A stretch of 64,000 nucleotides of DNA from Sphaerodactylus townsendi (lineage: Eukaryota): contig NC_059426.1 of the NCBI RefSeq assembly GCF_021028975.2, forward strand, positions 126,046,001-126,110,000, in the 5' to 3' direction. How positions within the stretch are numbered: the first letter of the stretch is position 1; each line of letters opens with the position of its first letter. Positions 61,786 through 64,000 of the stretch are shown piece after piece. The position numbers and the translations under genes are program-made. The notes beneath the pieces were generated by a model. It had not been told where the DNA came from. It was given only the letters and a program-made list of their open reading frames with translations, and searched no databases.

Positions 61786-61947
61786 CAGTGGTTCTCAACC
61801 TGAGGCTCGCGACCCCTTTGGGGGATCGAACAACCCTTTCACAGGGGGTCTCCATCTATAAAATGGATAAATGTTAGGGTTGGGGGTCACCACAACACGA
61901 GGAACTGTATTAAAGGGTTGCGGCATTAGGAAGGTTGAGAACCACTG
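61786..61947 (+). mobile_element. Complete SPIN-type hAT MITE
   Basis: TIRs CAGTGGTTCTCAACCT / AGGTTGAGAACCACTG; 8-bp TSD TGCTAAAA; SPIN subterminal sequence. Confidence 0.9.
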
Positions 61948-62171
61948 TGCTAAAATGTAGGCTTGGATCATCAGGTGATAATCTCTAAGCACAGCAGCTC
62001 CCCTTTCTGAATAGTTTTTCCGGCTGCAGCACAGAGGCAGGTTTGTTGCAGATTGATTCACACATACACATACTTTGCTCCCCATGGTTTCTTCGAGTCT
62101 GCTGATCTGCCACAGCACAAGGGGTGAGGCAGAAAGGTGCAGTAAAAAGCAGGGAAGCCAAAAGTGGCTTT

Positions 62172-62253
62172 CAGTGCTATCTAAAGAGAGTTACTCCAGT
62201 CTAAGCCCATTCATTTCAGTGAACTTAGACTGGAGTGTATAGGATTGCACTGT
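62172..62253. repeat. Short palindromic interspersed repeat (relatives near 53385-53450 and 59111-59190)
   Basis: ACTCCAGTCTAAG...CTTAGACTGGAGT hairpin with AGTGC.ATC / GGATTGCACT ends. Confidence 0.5.
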
Positions 62254-63183
62254 TAGGATCCAAACCATAACGTAGGATCCAAACCATAAAGCAGATCTAA
62301 TTGTACTCAACTGGTTTCTTCAGTGTACACAAACACGCACACACTCACAGGCCCAAAGTGTAAAAAATGTTCTACCGCATATGCTAAAAAAGCTGGCACA
62401 GGGCATTGGTGTACAGACAGATCTGAGGCTCTGGTTCCATTCTCACCTCTACCTTGAACTCACTAGGCTACAGCAGCTACATCTGTGCAGTGAGGAATAC
62501 TGTCCTACCTTACAAGGCTGTTGCCATGGGTTAATGTATGGGAAGCTTCCTCAGCAGTTCAAATAACACAAATGTTATTTGGCAGCTCTTACATCCTTTG
62601 CCAGGAATAGCCACCTTGTGGGATTTTCTTTAAAACAAAACAGAAACCCCAGCGGGATTGTGCAAAGAGTCTTATGCTTCATCTCACTGACAAACGCATC
62701 TGTCACTCCCCCAAGGTATAGCACAGCCATTCATAGCACTCCAAGGGCTCCCTCCACCTGTTTCCACCCACTCTGAAAAATGCACTCCAGTTCATATTGA
62801 GGTACATAACGACACCTTGGAATGGGATACATATGAGGCACGCACCAGCTGTTGCACAGCTGTTGGTCACAGCAGCACCAAGTTGCCCGAACGGCTAAAC
62901 GGCAATCCCGAAAAAGAAGAAAAGTCAGGCAACACCCAGATGTGGTCAAATTCACCCACCCACAAATCACAGAGTCCTCGCTATTTTACTTCAAAACATC
63001 TTTCAGCAGCCCCAGCCCTAACCCGGCACAAACCAAGCAGGGAGAGAAGTAATTGCAGCACGCATGCAAACGAAACAAAATATGAAAGAGCTTTTGCTTT
63101 AGGAGACAAAGCTACATATTTCCAAGGAGCACCCTTTTGCCATCCTGAGTCCACTACCGAATGCAAAGAGACTTCACACTCAC

Positions 63184-63219
63184 CATGCGGATCTGAGTGC
63201 TGATGAGGACGTAAGGCAT
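63184..63219 (-). CDS. GCHFR: GCHFR exon 1 (MPYVLISTQIRM), GTP cyclohydrolase I feedback regulator
   Basis: ATCATGC start, ATG|GTGAGT donor, human MPYLLISTQIRM. Confidence 0.96.
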
Positions 63220-63560
63220 GATTCCCTCCAACCGGCCAGGGTCCCCAAGGTGGCCGCCGCTGCAGTTCGCTCTGTTTTTCCAGCTCGACCCACACGTGAC
63301 ATCCTTGCCAGCTCAGCACCACGCCCTCCTCTCCCCGAGCAGCCAAGTCACCCAGGCGCTGCTGCAGAACCGGCCTCTGGCGGAATTGCTGGTCGGGGGG
63401 CGTCCATTTGGTCTGCAGGGCGCCAAGATGGGCGAGAGGGTTTCCCACGCGTGGCTAGAGCCGTTTGCAGACCAGGGAGACAGCCAAAAGTCCTTACTGG
63501 CCTTGTTGTGCGGTGGCTACTTGTTATGCTCCGTGAGCCCCGTCCCATGTATTGTTGGAG
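63220..63560 (-). promoter_or_regulatory. CpG-rich GCHFR 5'UTR/promoter
   Basis: Marked CpG/GC enrichment directly upstream of the start codon. Confidence 0.65.
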
Positions 63561-63659
63561 ACGATTTAAAAAAAAAACAACTGTTCAGGAGTTCAACTAC
63601 TACTCGACTGCACTTTTGCATCCTTCTCACCTTGTCAATATTTTCACCTTGTCGATATT

Positions 63660-63860
63660 GCTCTGACCTTGATAGCCCCAGGCTAACCTGGTCTCGTCAG
63701 ATATCGGTAGATAAGCAGGGATCACCCTGGTTTGTACTTGGATGGGCAAACTCCAAGAAACACCCGAGTTGTGGAGGTAGACAAATCACCTTCCAAGGGC
63801 TCTTGCCTTGAAAACCTTAAGGGGTCGTCATGAGTCAGCTGTAACTTTAGAGCACCAAAA
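63660..63860 (+). mobile_element. 5S rRNA-derived SINE (SINE3-type), degraded
   Basis: GGTCTCGTCAGATATCGGTAGATAAGCAGGG...CTGGTTTGTACTTGGATGGG resembles 5S rRNA; followed by a non-5S tail and short A run. Confidence 0.6.
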
Positions 63861-64000
63861 AAATGTTGTACAATAGCAATAATTCAAAATCACAACTGAA
63901 CTGTTTTCTCCACATAGTGTAATCCTGCTATCATTGTCTTCTTGTTTTCATTTATACTCTGTCTTTCCCATTCTGAATCAAGGCAGATTAAAGTATGATT

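Noticed and set aside
63660-63775. Functional 5S rRNA gene
   Set aside because: Too diverged, lacks proper ends and is fused to a SINE-like tail
62981-63811. Several 130-200 aa ORFs over the GCHFR promoter
   Set aside because: Expected in GC-rich CpG-island sequence; no protein family signal

Overview
Vertebrate genomic DNA from a squamate reptile, probably a gecko judging from the SINE/MITE families (inference). The window holds the syntenic block ZFYVE19 <- / -> DNAJC17 [with C15orf62 nested antisense in its last intron] / <- GCHFR. ZFYVE19 (minus strand) has 9 coding exons here and its 3' end runs off the window start. It shares a bidirectional promoter with DNAJC17, which is complete (11 coding exons, 306 aa). 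The C15orf62 orthologue is a single coding exon of 177 aa. GCHFR has 3 exons and encodes 103 aa, 19 aa longer than human GFRP. Introns contain a near full-length CR1 LINE with an intact esterase ORF1, a solo LTR, many hAT MITEs with 8-bp TSDs (including SPIN), L2 fragments, SINEs and Penelope-like palindromes. The most notable observations are: a minimal hammerhead ribozyme motif in the Penelope-like repeats; hAT MITEs carrying the same ACTACAnnTCCCA motif as the local promoter; BORG/CDC42EP-like motifs in C15orf62; the GCHFR C-terminal extension; and a templated inverted insertion plus 283-bp tandem monomers at the CR1 5' end. Exon boundaries were read by eye from splice signals and frame continuity; orthologue comparisons are from memory, not database searches. 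An assembly gap lies at 28413-28680.
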